DNA of 63,907 nucleotides, the filler included, from Craspedostauros australis (lineage: Eukaryota): the NCBI GenBank assembly GCA_030167865.1. It is 14 parts of 14 records of this genome, joined end to end, with 100 filler letters (N's around TTAATTAATTAA, not from the genome) between each part and the next. Parts side by side here need not be neighbours in the genome. Positions count along the whole stretch, not along the records: positions 1 to 11,649 come from JALAGF010002601.1; positions 11,750 to 17,948 come from JALAGF010002604.1; 12 more parts are not named here. One strand, 5' to 3'. Below the pieces are notes generated by a model that saw only the letters and a list, made by a program, of their open reading frames with translations, was not told where the DNA came from and ran no database searches. The translations under genes and the position numbers were made by a program. Of the stretch, positions 1 to 13,733 are shown in pieces. How positions within the stretch are numbered: position 1 is the first letter of the stretch; the number at the start of each line of letters is the position of its first letter.

Positions 1-280
1 GGGGGGGGCAGTGTTGCGTGTTGTTTGTTGTTTGTTTGTTGGTTGATGAGAGCATGGACATGGACATGGACATGATGAGTGCTCTGCTCTGTGTGGTTGC
101 ATCTGCTTCATTTTGTTCAGATTTTGGTTGGCGACACTTGGGGCCTCCAGCAGCATGTTCAACGCCACTGGCATTCTTGATTTTCCATTTTCCTTTTCTC
201 ACACAGGCCGATTCCACCAAACGCTGACGCACCACAATCGCAACCACGCAATGCAACCGCAATGCTACGCGTATGCGCAG

Positions 281-887
281 TCACTGTCCGTGGGTCGGGA
301 ATTGCATCGGAGAACGTAACTACCGCTACTTCTTTGTCTTCCTCATCGCGGTCCTGGGACTCACCACGTTGGTTACGCTGGCCTGCATCCGGATTGCCTA
401 CGAAACCTTCCTCATCACCGAGACGGCCAACCTCGACAAGGACATGGGCATCTTCAAGAACCTCGTTTCCACCGTCATGCAGGAAAAGATCGTCTTCCTC
501 TTCGGCGGCTTCAACATGCTCTGCGCCTGGTCCCTCATGTCCCTGCTCGGATTCCACATGATGATCGTCTCCAGCGCCGAGACCACCAACGAACGCGTCC
601 GCGGCGTCTACAGGCGCGGATCCTCTCACAACAACGTCGCCAACAGGGGATGCTGCAACAACTGGATCCGCGCCTTCTGCCTTCCCGTCCCCGTCAGCCG
701 GTTACCCACCGACATGTCACAATGCATCGAGTGCTCCTACCAGGAAGAGGACGGCTATCCGCCCGAGACGGTCTGGACGGGCGACGCGCCCTACAATCCC
801 ATCCACAAATCCGCGGCGCCAGCCAGCCATGGCGGCGAAGCCAAGAAGCCCCTCGCCAAAGATGCCAAGCCGGCCGCCACAGTGTAG
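281..887 (+). CDS. DHHC-type palmitoyltransferase, last exon (5' part outside window)
   Basis: (H)HCPWVGNCIGERNYRYFF is the DHHC-CRD signature, followed by two TM helices and an 'ETTNE' TTxE motif. Acceptor ...gcgcag at 280, then t cac tgt ccg, so the DHHC motif is split by an intron. Confidence 0.92.
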
Positions 888-1430
888 TGCATTTGCGTTA
901 GAATGCGATGCAATGGGATTGGTTGGGCTGCGCATCCGCAGTCACTGAGAAGCGCAACCAAATCAACAGTGGACTATCGTCGAACAGCAATACGACTAGG
1001 CATGGCGTAATGTGTCTCGCACTCTGCACCGCGACTCAATTATGCAGAGGCAATGGCATGTCATGCCATAGCATAACACAAGAACTGATAGAGTATTTCA
1101 AAGTATTCGACACTCCTCAAGTATTGCAACACTTCAGCAAAAATGATCATGGCGTAGCGCTACTGCTTTCTCTTCTTGCTCGTTCATTCATTCATTCATT
1201 CATTCATTCTCTCTCTATTCCATACTCCACGTAGGTATTGCGGCCTTTCGCTATTCATGCTCTTGGTACATCGATTTGGTTTGACTCTGTTTTCTAGTCC
1301 ATGCACAGACTTATCCAATGAGAGACGCTCCATTGAGCAGGTGACGACTGATCCTCTCTCTCCAGAGCATTTATCCCCTCACTCTTTCATCCATTCCGTG
1401 GTCTATCCGCTCATCCACTCATCCGTCCAT

Positions 1431-2327
1431 CTATGTTTCCCATCGGACCATCTTCTTCGCGGTGCCCCTCGACCACCGCCTGCGCGTTTTGCCCAACACT
1501 GCGCACTCGTTCCGTCGTCGACCGCAGATCGATGCATGGCAGGATCCTGCCAGGAATCCGAGGATCGCCGCCAGCACCAGGCATAGCATGCACCCCGTCG
1601 TCAAACCATCTGCACCGACCACTGCTGTCTCGTTTTGTGTGGTATCAGCTGCTGCGACGGCGCTCTGTGACATGGATTCGGAGTACAGCAGCAATGGAAG
1701 GACGGTGCGCAGCAAACGCCGCCTCTTCATCATTCTCATGGTTGAATACGCGCCGTTCATGATACGCGAGGCCGCACAACTGATCCACACCATCTCGGGC
1801 CGTACTACTCGTGGTATGCTCCCGCCTTCATTTTCATCCTCGATAGTGCCATTCATTGGGGCCGCTGCGAAACGAACCGTATCATCATCCTTGTTACGCA
1901 CATGCACTCCAATCGACCAAGCATCATACGATGCTTCATGCTCGTTGCTTTCCGCGGTCTCTGGCAGTCTTTGAGAACGTGCGGGAGGTAACATCGTCAT
2001 CGTCGTTTTCGTCGTCTTCGTCGTCTTCGTTGTGGCCTCGTTGAGGTTGCAGCACAGTGCTTCCGCGCCCATACCTTCCAATACCTCTGCAGGTAATGAT
2101 GGTGCCTGATTGGATAGCCAGCATTCTTCTACATGTTGTTGCTGCTGCTGCTGACCCCGGAGAAATCTCACGAGGATGCTGCCGCCGATCTGTGCCAATG
2201 TCTGGATGGTATCAGCGAAGCCAACAGCATGGAAGTTCTCCGTCGGATTGGTTGATATGATCATGCCAACGATTGTAGCCGCGATCATTAGGGAAAACGT
2301 AAGCAACACCATGGCCCAACGACTCAT
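1431..2327 (-). CDS. hypothetical membrane protein (298 aa)
   Basis: Long ATG-started ORF with an N-terminal hydrophobic segment and a C-terminal TM segment followed by basic residues; no recognisable domain. Confidence 0.35.
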   Translation of the reverse strand: MSRWAMVLLTFSLMIAATIVGMIISTNPTENFHAVGFADTIQTLAQIGGSILVRFLRGQQQQQQHVEECWLSNQAPSLPAEVLEGMGAEALCCNLNEATTKTTKTTKTTMTMLPPARSQRLPETAESNEHEASYDAWSIGVHVRNKDDDTVRFAAAPMNGTIEDENEGGSIPRVVRPEMVWISCAASRIMNGAYSTMRMMKRRRLLRTVLPLLLYSESMSQSAVAAADTTQNETAVVGADGLTTGCMLCLVLAAILGFLAGSCHASICGRRRNECAVLGKTRRRWSRGTAKKMVRWET

Positions 2328-5300
2328 TATGCGAGGACTATGCTATTCTAGGGATACAGCAGAGCGTGTGCGACACAACGGATACAGAGTAATAGATGAA
2401 GGAATGACAGTGGGTAGAAAGAATCGTCAGCCATCACAAAGGGTCGGTACGAATGAGCAAGCGGAGTTTGCCAAGATGGGATCAAACACGTTCGTACAGC
2501 GCGTAGATCACTCAGGTCAACACAACACATCGTGGCACAGTGCTCCAGGATCGACTCGGAAGCGAGGCACCAGCAGCAGATCTGGCCCGCGCCCAGACAT
2601 GCCCAACGGTGCTCTACTGCTTTCGCAAACTTTGTTGAGCGGAGTAGAGCAGAAAACAGAATGTGATCGTGTGGTGGGCAGTGTATCACGTACTTCCAGA
2701 GACCAACTTCCACTCTGCTCGTATCTACACTTATGGTTCGTGACAAGTTTGCACCAAGCTAGATCAAGAGGAGGATTGTGTTGTTGACGATGATGGCGGA
2801 TCTCTGTCACTTTGCAAACGGCGAAGAAGAAGGATGCGGCAAGGTGGACAGTGATGAGATTGTGGGAAGATGATGGTCGTCTCTGTTCGAACAGCACAAA
2901 CAACGCGACACAAATGTTGTCGAATGAGGAAACCAAGTGAGGAAGAAGAAAAAAGGACAAAAACAACGACGAAAAGATACCCAAAGGTGTCAACTGCCAG
3001 GTGGAAACAAAATCGCTTCAACAGGTTTAGTCGTTGCGGTCAATAAGTAGACACTTGGAAAGATAGGAAGAGGGATGCGTTAGAGTCGATGAGTCTCATT
3101 CCTGACAGGCGCTGTCCGTAAAAACACACGGACGATATGATAGTTGAGACGCGAGTGGTATCAATATTCGATCCAATCGACTTCATTCTTCGCAAGTCCC
3201 TTTGGGGCAATACACGTGTCACACAACCGCGCTTGTGGGTGTGGCCACCTCAGTGCGAACACGATCCACAAGCCGGAAGCGTTGGTCATCGAACACTTTT
3301 TCATACACCCCACTGTATTCCGCCAAAAGCGCCACCCATATGTACCATAGCCGGAAATAGCCCTTGCGACCATCTTGTTGAGGAGAATTGCTTCGCCTTC
3401 CCCTTTTTGATTTTATCATGGCACGAACAATTTTTGAAATGGTACCGAGTTCCTCAGCTCAATGCCGAAAGGAGATTGTTCTACTCGGAATGAATTTAAG
3501 CCGATCACACAAGTTTTTCAATCGCCAGCGAACAAATGGTTGCGCCGGTACAGAAGATCAATCGTGGTGTGTCGCGAATACACATACACTGGAGAACGTA
3601 CCAATTTGTCACATATTGATGCAAAATTTGTTGGAGCGTCTCGATTGCCCAAGGCTATCCGGCTCTTCAACATGATTCTCCCAGTCACTTCTCGTGGGCA
3701 TAAATCGCACTCGTACGAAGCGCTTGCTTCGCCCAATCTTGCACAGAGCAAATGTTGGATCAGTTCTGCTCACATTTTGATTTTGGACTTCACTGACGCA
3801 GTTTGATGGTCCAGCGTTTTTCGACAGTTTGAACGCAAATCCTTGTCCTATTTGATTCACAACAGGGGTCTGCCTGGTCTCTTCTCTACGTTGTCAAGCA
3901 AGAATCGCACACGTAGTGCTTTCGGGATGGCCGCTTGGCCTTCCGATGCGAGGTACAGACATGCGACCTGCTCCACTCTGGATATTTGTGTTGCTCTTCA
4001 AGTACACTCGTACACGGCTCGTGTGTACGCAGAGCAATGCCTGTTCATGCTCCATTTTCTCCCACATGTCAGGTCCAAGTTTCCTGAACAACACTTTGGA
4101 TTTTGGCAGCAATTGGGGCGGGAGAACAAGGAGTCAAAACCACAGATGCTGTTGACTTCCCATGACCAACGATCGTGTTCATGCACACATGTAGGATTGG
4201 TCGTTCGGAATAGGTATTAGAGAATGGTGGAGTTGTCCTCTGTCCTCTACCACATGTGAATAGCGCAATAAGGATTTGAAATACAATCGTGGCAAGGCAC
4301 AATGCTAAGTTCTTGAGCAACCGACCTTGGGTACCAGAAGCCACTCGTTATGGGTGGCGTTCGTGTGGAGGTGGTACATGACTTGGCCGAGTCTCGGCTT
4401 GTTTCCACCACAGTACTGGTACCTCGTACTGTTGCATTGCGTTGCATCGCAGTTGGGGGCGGAGAGCGAGAGCGAGACGAAAGGTCGAAGGAGGCGCGGA
4501 GTGATCGCTGCTTCATTTATTCTGCCCGAACTCTATGGATGCTCAAAGTACCTGTGCAAGGTCACAGAACGGCCGCAAAAGCATTCGAGCGAAGCGGAAG
4601 GTCGAGAGTCTCCGGGTGTCGGGCGGGCCAAATTGTGCCGTTCCTAGTTGTCGTTCGTCGTGTTGCATGTCAGGAACACACAGAAAAGTCACTCCAGGGA
4701 GGAAGCTTGATCGTGCTCTTCGACGTGGATGTGCGGTATTCGTGGACAACTCGCACCTTGGGGATGAGGAGGGGACAATCACATGAGCAGAGAGGCATGC
4801 TCTACACCTCATCATGTCCCAGCACAAACTACCGCATGATGCGAACACCACCACCCACGAAGACCAGCTGCTCATCATCTGTTCCTGATCGCGCTATTGC
4901 GAAGTCATCATCCCCAGCCCGCCACTTTTTGAATCCATTTGAGTCATGATCGTCGCGGACGCTCACCTTGGCATCGTGTCATCCAGCACCACGTCGCACG
5001 CACGCTTCTTGCGACGAGCGCGACTACGAGTCCGAGTGCTGGTATGTGATCCTATCATGTGCACAATGGCGACCATTGATTCTGTCCCTCTACTATTTTA
5101 TGGATATAGGTCGTACTCCGCTCTATTCGCAATCTGTTCTGACTCATGTGTAATATAACCTGCTATCGATGTTTGTGTTGATAAATGTTTCATTGCTGTA
5201 GTTTTATTTTGTGCGTGTGCGCGCGCGTTTGTGTCTGTGTTGGAAGTTAACTCCTGTCTGGAATACTCGATGCTGCTCTGCCGTATCCAGATGGAAAAAT

Positions 5301-5524
5301 GCAACTTGGAATGGATGCTGCGTATCAAGCCGGTAGAGCATGGAAGTATAATAGCTTGTGCATCAGCCGTATCGCGTAGCCTGTCTGCGATCCATCGACG
5401 GAGCCCATCGCAGTCCGGTGGTGGCGCAGGTTTGGCTTGTTTGTGTCTGCCGCGCGTGTCCTACGAGTACTCCTTTTGTATTCGATGTATGTGTATGTGC
5501 ATTTGATTGCGTTGGAATTTGCAT

Positions 5525-8114
5525 TCACTCTGTGTTGGTCTTCGTATCCTTTTCCACATTCGATGATGACACAGACGATGCTGCAGGCGGTGGTGACGCG
5601 CCCGCCATTGTTGCTGCCGTTGTTGACGATGCCATTGGGTGCCCAACCTGCCCACTCAAGCCCATGGCTATGTGCCGCTGCAATAGCTCATCGATGTGCG
5701 CCTGAGTCGCCCTATGCCTCGCCAGAGTGTTGCTGTACATGCCACGAACCTGCGGATGCTGCTGCATCAGCTTCTCAGTGTAACGAGCAAGTAGGAGATC
5801 AGCGCTCAATCCATTCGGACCAGCCTGTGCGTGCTGAAATGAGGGGTGGGTCGCACCATGAGAAGGCGATGTTGTAGCTTGCGGTCTCGAACTGGCGTTT
5901 GCTCGCGCAGCGGTTGTAGCTGATGCTGATGGAGGGACACTGGCGGAGGTCGCTTGCATCTGTTGTCTAAGCTGCTCTTGCTGCACCAAGCTGGCGAAGG
6001 CAGCGTCGAGTGAGGGAGTTCTTGGATGATTGCCTTGTAGGCTGCTCCTGGAAAAATTTGCCAAGTTGTTGGAGGAAACCGATGGCATGCCAGCCGGGAC
6101 GCCTGCTGCTCTTGCTGTAGCTGCTGCCGCCGACGATAACGCCGATGACGGGGCACCAGTTAACGGCAGCAACGATGCCAGCGATGATAATGATGCGGGA
6201 AGGAATGAAGCACCAGTGCCAGTGCTAGCACTAGCTGCAGCGTTTGGCAGGGTTGCTGCATTCGCTGCGAGCAACGACGGGGGGAATGATTGCAGCTGAG
6301 ATGGCTGGGCGAATCTTTGCAATGCAAGGCCACCGTTTAGCGTGGAAAGTTGTTCCAATATGTTCTGCTCCGTTGTCCGAAGTGGTGCTACCGCCTGGGC
6401 CGGTCGTTGTGACCGTTGCTGGAAGTCATCGCCTTTCGTTGGCGTCTTGTTGGATGCTAGAGCTTGCAGCGCTGACAAGCTGATATTCATCTTCGGTGCG
6501 CCATGAGACATGGCCGTGGCGTGACCATCCATGCCTGCTGCCACATCACCGCCACCTTCCGCACCAGCTCTAGCGGCAGTAGCCACTGAGCCCGAGCCTG
6601 TGCTCAAGGACATGTTGGTGCTGGCGTCTGCACCAGTGCACTGCGGTCTGCGATTGAGCGTGCTGATTGCGTTCGTTGCTTCATTATCTCGCTTTGCGTT
6701 CGGACTTGCACCCCGACCCGCGTCGCTTCCCATGTTTGGATTTTGTGCCAACGACTGCAAAATGGTGGCCGGCCATGGCGATGCTGCATTCGCGGTCGGC
6801 AGACCCATCAACGTTGCAATCAACGTGGGATTAGCCGCCGCCGTGCTGCTGGTTCCCAGAAGCACATCGCGGATGGTGGACATGTGGGACGCGGACGGGT
6901 TCCCCATTCGCGATGACTGCAGCATGGCCTGCCCAAGACCGATGTTGGCACTGTTGACATCCGTGCTTATTCTACTCGCACTTCCTTGGTTTTGAGAGGC
7001 GGACAGCATCCCGGGCGAGAAGGCCCCACTCAGGCCACCAGCCAATCGGTTTGGGAACACGGAGAAGTCTGGCGTCGCTTGCTGCTGTTGCAATTGTTCA
7101 TGCTGGAGGGAAGGAGGCTGTTGTTCCTGCTGCTGCTGTTGTTGCTGCTGTTGGTGGTGGTGTATGGCAGCACCGGCTTTGCCTTTTCTTGGCTTCCCAC
7201 GAAGGATGTGAGACACCTTGCCCTTCGCCAGCCGATCCGGGACCTCAACCCAGCCATCTTCCTGCGAGAGGCTGGTGACTGCCACGTCCGGCGAAAATGA
7301 CGATGAAGCCGAGAGTACCGATGCGGCTGTCGATGGTATGGCACCACCATTGCCATCTGACGAATCCCTTCGCTTCAGGAACCGACCACCCTCATCTTTG
7401 ATTTTCTGGATCATATTGGCCACGATCTGCCGTCTCCCTTCGTGTCGCTCCGCGAGGAATTGATCACGATACTCATCTGTCATTTCATGCAGACGCAGGT
7501 TGCCCGAATGTCCCTGATACGGCTTACCCCTGCCAAACAGAACTGAGGGATGGAAGGAGCGATGGTGGCGGAGAGACGCACAGGGACACAAAAGCGATGG
7601 AACGCCAAAGCGAGCGAGATAGCAAAAATGTGTGAGATGGCGATGCGTCAATGGTTGTTTGTTGTTGTTGTTGTTTTCAACGGCACAACGAAGTTGGGTG
7701 TGAATTACAGTATAGTATAGTGCAGTATAGTATAGTGCAGTATAGTATAGTAGAGTGCGTGGAGCATCGTGTGGTGATGGCGATGATGCCGTGACGTCGG
7801 ATACTACCCCAGCAGGCAGTAACGGCAACGGCAACGGCAACGGCGACAGCAATGGCAGCAGCAATTGTAGATGGACGCGGAATGAAGCCGACGCAGGTTG
7901 TCAAGGCAAACAACTCACCATCCTGAGGACCCGGCGTCGTGATGTAGGTGGCTCCCTCAATGCTGCTGCTGTCTCTGGCAGGTCGTGCGGCACCAGGTGC
8001 CGTAGATCCACGGGAGGCATTGTGATGAGGTAGGTCGTGAGTGGAGGAGTCGTCATCATCGGCATTGGTGGAGGAGTCGGTGCCATCGGTTCGTATCCTG
8101 CTCGATGAGGCCAT
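5525..8114 (-). CDS. DUF6824-domain protein with long low-complexity Q/A/S-rich tail; exons 8114-7919 and 7542-5525
   Basis: Splicing GAT G|gtgagt (7918) to ccctcag|TT (7543) gives PGPQDVLFGRGKPYQGHSGN...GGRFLKR...WVEV...KVSHILR, the diatom DUF6824 pattern. Confidence 0.85.
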
Positions 8115-11100
8115 GCTGCGCTGATCGACAGCAGCAATGCCAGCACCGGCAGCTAGGCAAATGCAAGCTATGGTTGCGCGTTCTGCGGGAAGCAGCGATG
8201 CTGGGTGCCGTGGCGGTGGAGCTGCCGTTGCGGTCGTTGTCAGTGGTTGCTGTGGTTGCTGTGGTTTCGTGTTGGGCGTTGTGCGTTGGGCTCAAGTGTG
8301 CATTGCGCCGCAAGTATTGCTGGATTGTGGTTGTTGCGCAGGTTTTGGATGACGACTCTTGTTCTCCAATGTTTGTGATTCTATCCGGAGTCCTCGAGTT
8401 CGTATGTGGAGCCCTCCACGCAATTCAAACGTGAGAAGTGAACGCGGCCGTCGTTTACCTGTGCCAGGGTATGTACAGGGTATGTGCAGTATGTGGGGTC
8501 TGTGTGGCGTCTGCGATGAAGAACGAGATCTTGCTAGGCAGAATGTTCGGTCTGTGTCGGCCTGCCGGTGCCCGACCGATGGGCAGTGTGTTTTTGGCGT
8601 CTTTTTGTCGTTTTTGCAGCGTCAGGAGTTGGCTTCGCGAAAGGGTGGGGGGATTGGTCGATGGTAGAGAAGCATTCGCACGCAGAAGGACGAAAGCTGA
8701 GCACAGACGGAAAGTAGATGCTGTGACACGTGCGGCAATCAATTCTCTGCCATGATTCTGTGTCTCCATCAATACCAGTCAGGAATTGTTCGCTACGTTC
8801 TGCGCAAGTTGCGTCAACGAGGGTATTGTGCGCAAAATAGCCGCTCGAACCCCTCCAATGAGTTTCCGCGCAACAATCCACGAAAGAGTGAACGAAGAAG
8901 ACCATCAGGTGACGAAGGCACAACGAAGGACGAACATGTTGAACAACCACCAACAATGACTCCTCTCTCTCTCTCCAGTTCGTGGAGTGGCACAACCCTC
9001 GCGATCACTGCTACAGAGAACACACATATCCCCATCTACCTTCCACCAACACATCGTCTGATGCAGTACGACTACGACACCACAGAACGTCAAAAGAAGC
9101 CAAGTGGCTGCACCAAAACAACACAAAATGGCGCGCACACCGCACTGCATTCGAAATGTCAGGGCGTGTTGATGCGTTGGCCAATTCTGCTGCACTTGGT
9201 TGTTTCGATTATACGTCGAATTAGTTAGGACTACCACCTATGCCCCTGCGATCACACGCCGTTATTCTACATACAGCCACGTAAAATGAGATTTATTTAG
9301 ACTCTTCCTGTCGCTTCAGCCTATGTACAGCAACACCCACATTTCTGCACACGGAGAGAGCAAAACAGGAGAGCAGAATCAGCCCCACAGTTCACACGAA
9401 TATCTCCACCAAGGCGAACGGCCATGGTCGGCAGGGGCTGGACTGGTCTTGCGGCCAGCATGCGGGCGGGTCTGGATGTTGCGATTCGTCCAATCTTCGT
9501 TGACGAACTGCCCCAAGGGCGCATGGTCAAACAGTACGATGTGGAGGTTGTTCGATCTTTGTGTACCACATCATACCAAAAGGTACGAGACAATACAATA
9601 CAACAGCATTACCAGCAACGCCAGCAAATACGAATAGCCACTCTACTCAGCGAATATATTCGGTGGTGCCCGACATCAGTCCCATCTCGATTGGGGAGAG
9701 GCTATACATTCGGAAAGGATGGGGATTTGGACGCCAGACAATGTGCGTTTGGATTGGCGCATAGCAATTGTGTTGCAGATGATGCATTCAACCAAAGAGA
9801 GGAACGTAGAACTGGAGCGGCCACAAGTCCGAGCCGGATACTGCATGGATACTGGGAATTTAAGAGCGAATGATAGCGGCGGAGAGCGACCTGGATGGCG
9901 AGATGGACAGAGAGGACGGAAGATCGTCGAGATTATCCTGACCACGCGGATGTTCGCAACTGCCGGCAGCGGGGACAATAGCGCAGACTAATATTGAGGA
10001 TCGAATGTAGCACTACACGAAATACGCCCGCTCCTTGGTCGGCTCCATTCTCCTCGGAGCAAGAGAGAGAGAGAGAGAAAGCAGCACTAATGGCGCATCT
10101 CAACCCCAGCTTGCGCGAACCCGACTTTACGAATACCAGCAGAGCAGAGCAGAGCAGAGTGGAGGAAGTTAGATCGCAGGCAGATCGAGAGGCAGTTGGC
10201 TCTGTGGTCGGCAAGCTATTGGACCCTTTCCTTCGTCCAGGATTTATGAGTCTTCGAGGCCTTGATGCGCATCTTTGCCCGATTTAGCAGACGTGTACAT
10301 GGATGACGCTCACATGAGTTTGTTCTCCGGTCAGTGAAGACGAAGAGGGAGAGGAACTTTGTTTGTTCCATCTTTGCTCGATTGTTGTTCTTCGGCAAAG
10401 CAGGGAAGCACAGAAACCCTGTCTTGTCCCAATGCCGATGGGGACCCCACACAAGCCTTCGGGTCACCTCCGAAGCCGCTCGGCACGATGATGGCGAACA
10501 CGTCCGCTTTTCGCTCGATGATTCTTATGAGGGGTGAGATGTGCGCCAAGGACACCGACGAAACGAATTGGATGGTGAGGGACAAAGCAGCCCCTGGAAA
10601 CTGCAACATGGTACTGCGTGCTTGCCCATCAAAGCGCTTGGACAGGTGCTCGCGCAACAGAACAAAACCCAAAGGACCAGAGAGGTGATGAACGCCGCAA
10701 GAAGTGGAGAGAAAGCGGCAGAACCAATGAAGTCGATCAAGACCATCAAGACCATCAAGACCATCAAGCGACTATGATCCGTTGGTTCCAGCATTTTGGA
10801 CGTCTCCGCCAAATCGGGAAGCAAGGAGTCGGATGTGTAGCTCGCACTGCATCGCGCGCCAATGCCACCGTTGCTGCACCACCACATCCTGGCCCACACG
10901 CGAGAAGACAGGATTGTGCCTCGTGCACACGACACCACCACCACACGATCCTCAGAGTGCAGAGAGGAACAGAGCAACACCCCCGCGAGCACATCCCCGC
11001 AACGTCGACCAAATGCCGTGAAGAGTACAAGAGACCAAGTATTCTTTGGAAGGTAATGCTCATACGATGGGATAGCGTGTCAGAACGGAGCCCGAAAACT

Positions 11101-12130
11101 GCTCCTGTGATCTCTCATGTGCCCATCGCGTCTGGTGTTTCAATGCCAGTTTCTTGGTGGCGTCAGAGTCAACAACTTCAACTCTCCGCCTCGATGAACG
11201 GAGGTGCCGGTTTTGTTGCCCCATACTTATGAGCCCGATCAGTGAGTCGACCTGCACTTTGTCATGGGACTCAATAACTTTTATCTAGTAGATCCACACC
11301 AAGCACATAGTCGTAATCCTTATAATCTTCTTACAAATAATTAACCGATCGATTTTTGTTGTATATCCTTTTTTAAGTTTTATGTACAGTCAAAGATATG
11401 CTAAAGTCCTATGAGTCGACCACATGAAACTCCTGGTTGTTTTTCAGAAGGTTCCATGCTGTTCCGAAGTATTTATCGTCGGGTGATCAGTCACGGACCT
11501 GCTCCGGAAGGAGTCGTTCGTTTGGTACACGTTAAATACACGTTAGCATCTGCGACATGATCTCGCATTTTGCTCGTCACAAAACACATCACACAAAACA
11601 CATCACACATCCAAAATCATCGCCATCCCCTCACAATTTCGCAAATCATNNNNNNNNNNNNNNNNNNNNNNNNNNNNNNNNNNNNNNNNNNNNTTAATTA
11701 ATTAANNNNNNNNNNNNNNNNNNNNNNNNNNNNNNNNNNNNNNNNNNNNTTTCGACCGTTTCACTCCAAATTGTTGTTGCTTTGTATTGGAGCGAAACCA
11801 GTCACGAGGACTCGAATGAGTCACGATCAGCAGTAAACAACAACAACCACAGAAGACTCAACGCAAAAAAAGAGAAACCAAAACACAGAAGACACAATCC
11901 ATCAAACAACACATTGGATACGAACTCATACCCAACTACCGCCACCGTTTCAATACAGACATCGAATTGCCACTCACATTCATCACACAGTGCATGGTAC
12001 TCATATTATACCAATACAAGCTATTGAAGACATACCATCGATATCTCTGCCACAGATAGCTCAGACTGCACACTTCCTTGACAGCCAATCCAACGCCAAT
12101 CGTCCAGCAACCATCGACCATCCTCTCAAA

Positions 12131-12904
12131 ATGACTCCTGTTACGAAATATCAACTCATTGCTGCTGCCCGTGCAGGTGACTTGTCGGTGTTGAAGGAAT
12201 GGAAGAAGCAGAACAAGACGCAGAATGAAGGAGTTGATGTCAACTGCCAAACCAACGATGGTTGGACTCCCCTTCATTACGCATGTCGCAACGGTCACCT
12301 GGAGTGTGTGAAGTACCTCATCGAATCATGTGAGGCGAACGTCAACTGCAAAACAAAGTATGGTTGGACTCCCCTTCATGTGGCATGCCAGAATGGCCAC
12401 CCGGAGTGTGTGAAGTACCTCATCAAATCATGTGAGGCGAACATCAACTGCAAAACAAAGTATGGTTGGACTCCCCTTCATGTGGCATGCCAGAATGGCC
12501 ACCCGGAGTGTGTGAAGTACCTCATCGAATCATGCACGGCTGACTTCAACTGCCAAACCAACGATGGTTGGACTCCCCTTCATTGGGCATGCTGCTACGG
12601 TCACCTGGAGTGTGTGGAGTACCTCATCGAATCATGTGGGGCGAACATCAACTGCCAAAACAACCATGGTTACACTCCCCTTCATCTCGCATGCCATGAC
12701 AACCAGCTGGACTGTATCGAGTCCCTCATTAGAGGACTTTCGCCTTCAGCTCACCCACAACTGCAGCAACTACAGCAACGCTTACAACAAAACGAACAAG
12801 CAAATGAACAATCACAAGAACAGTTGGGACAGCAGTTGAAACGAAAGAGCCAAAATAATGATCACAAACACAGCAGCCACAAGAGGACCAACATCAACAT
12901 TTGA
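12131..12904 (+). CDS. ankyrin-repeat protein, copy 1 (5 x 34-aa repeats plus Q-rich coiled coil)
   Basis: Repeats of G.TPLH.AC..GH.ECVKYLI.SC.A (102-bp units); ATG at 12131 aligns with the starts of the other copies. Confidence 0.85.
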   Translation: MTPVTKYQLIAAARAGDLSVLKEWKKQNKTQNEGVDVNCQTNDGWTPLHYACRNGHLECVKYLIESCEANVNCKTKYGWTPLHVACQNGHPECVKYLIKSCEANINCKTKYGWTPLHVACQNGHPECVKYLIESCTADFNCQTNDGWTPLHWACCYGHLECVEYLIESCGANINCQNNHGYTPLHLACHDNQLDCIESLIRGLSPSAHPQLQQLQQRLQQNEQANEQSQEQLGQQLKRKSQNNDHKHSSHKRTNINI

Positions 12905-13733
12905 GAAGATCGGCCATATCCTTCCAAACCGAGGACAGGACAGACTCCCTATTCTTGTGTGGACAGGGCCACGACCAGCAACTAACCAAGGCAAGCTCTA
13001 AAGTTCTCATCATCACACTCCCATCCATTCAGACACTGATCGACAAAGGAACCCAACTTCACCGCGCGAATGATGACACCGAAGACGGCGCGGCTCCATC
13101 CAAACAACCATCCCTCTTCCCCACCTCCAACCAAACCATGTCCGATACGTCCTCCAATGCATCTACACAGCCAAGATATCCTTCAATGACAGCGCTCGTG
13201 ACAACGCCGCCACTCACATCGGCGCTCACGCCAACGCTCACCACGATACAGATGCCTCTCACCAGCCAACTCCCATCCTCACTGGACAGGACGATCCGCA
13301 ACAGCTGATCCTTGTGGCCGACGAGTTTGGCTTCTGGCGACTCAAGCTTGTTCTTGAAGCAGAGTTGGCCCGCAAGCATCTCACAGAAGACAGCATGATA
13401 GATGTGTTGATATTCGCCCATCAACACAACTGCTTGGTGTTGAAGGATACCGCAATGAGAATGGCAGCTGAATATGAAGAAGATATGTTCACTCATCCAG
13501 ATTTCAGCAAGCTGATTCTACAGCCCCAACTGATGAGAGACATTCATGTCCTGTGCAGTGGGGGAGCGGAGAGTGATGGTATTGATGATGAGTATGGTGG
13601 CATGTCCATGATGGAGCTGCACAAGGTTATAGATGAGGATGAGGGCACAACACAAGTGGATTCATACATGGATCGGGTGGCATTGGTGGACTTCGTCCGC
13701 TCAATGAGAACCAGCTCTATGAGAGCCAATTGA
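12905..13733 (+). pseudogene. BTB/POZ-BACK C-terminal half of ankyrin-BTB copy 1 (disrupted)
   Basis: TDSLFLCG...IPLPHLQPNHVRYVLQCIYT...LILVADEFGFWRLKLVLEAEL...IDVLIFAHQHNCLVLKDTAM is SPOP-like BTB-BACK. Relative to copy 2 it has GGA>TGA at 12902 and two 1-nt deletions (~12915, ~13098). Confidence 0.75.

Noticed and set aside
2400..5400. Many short overlapping ORFs
   Set aside because: No recognisable domain or consistent coding frame; the same holds for 8400-11200.
7543..7918. N-terminal extension of the 779-aa ORF (LYYTALYYTALYY, PLPLPL)
   Set aside because: Intron containing simple repeats; the true first exon is 8114-7919.
11210..11649. AT-rich tract with TGAGTCGACC twice, possible transposon end
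   Set aside because: No partner TIR or TSD visible before the gap.
11694..11705. TTAATTAATTAA palindrome recurring many times inside N runs
   Set aside because: Artificial contig-joining spacer with stops in all six frames. It is not biological and it creates false ORF ends (...LIN).
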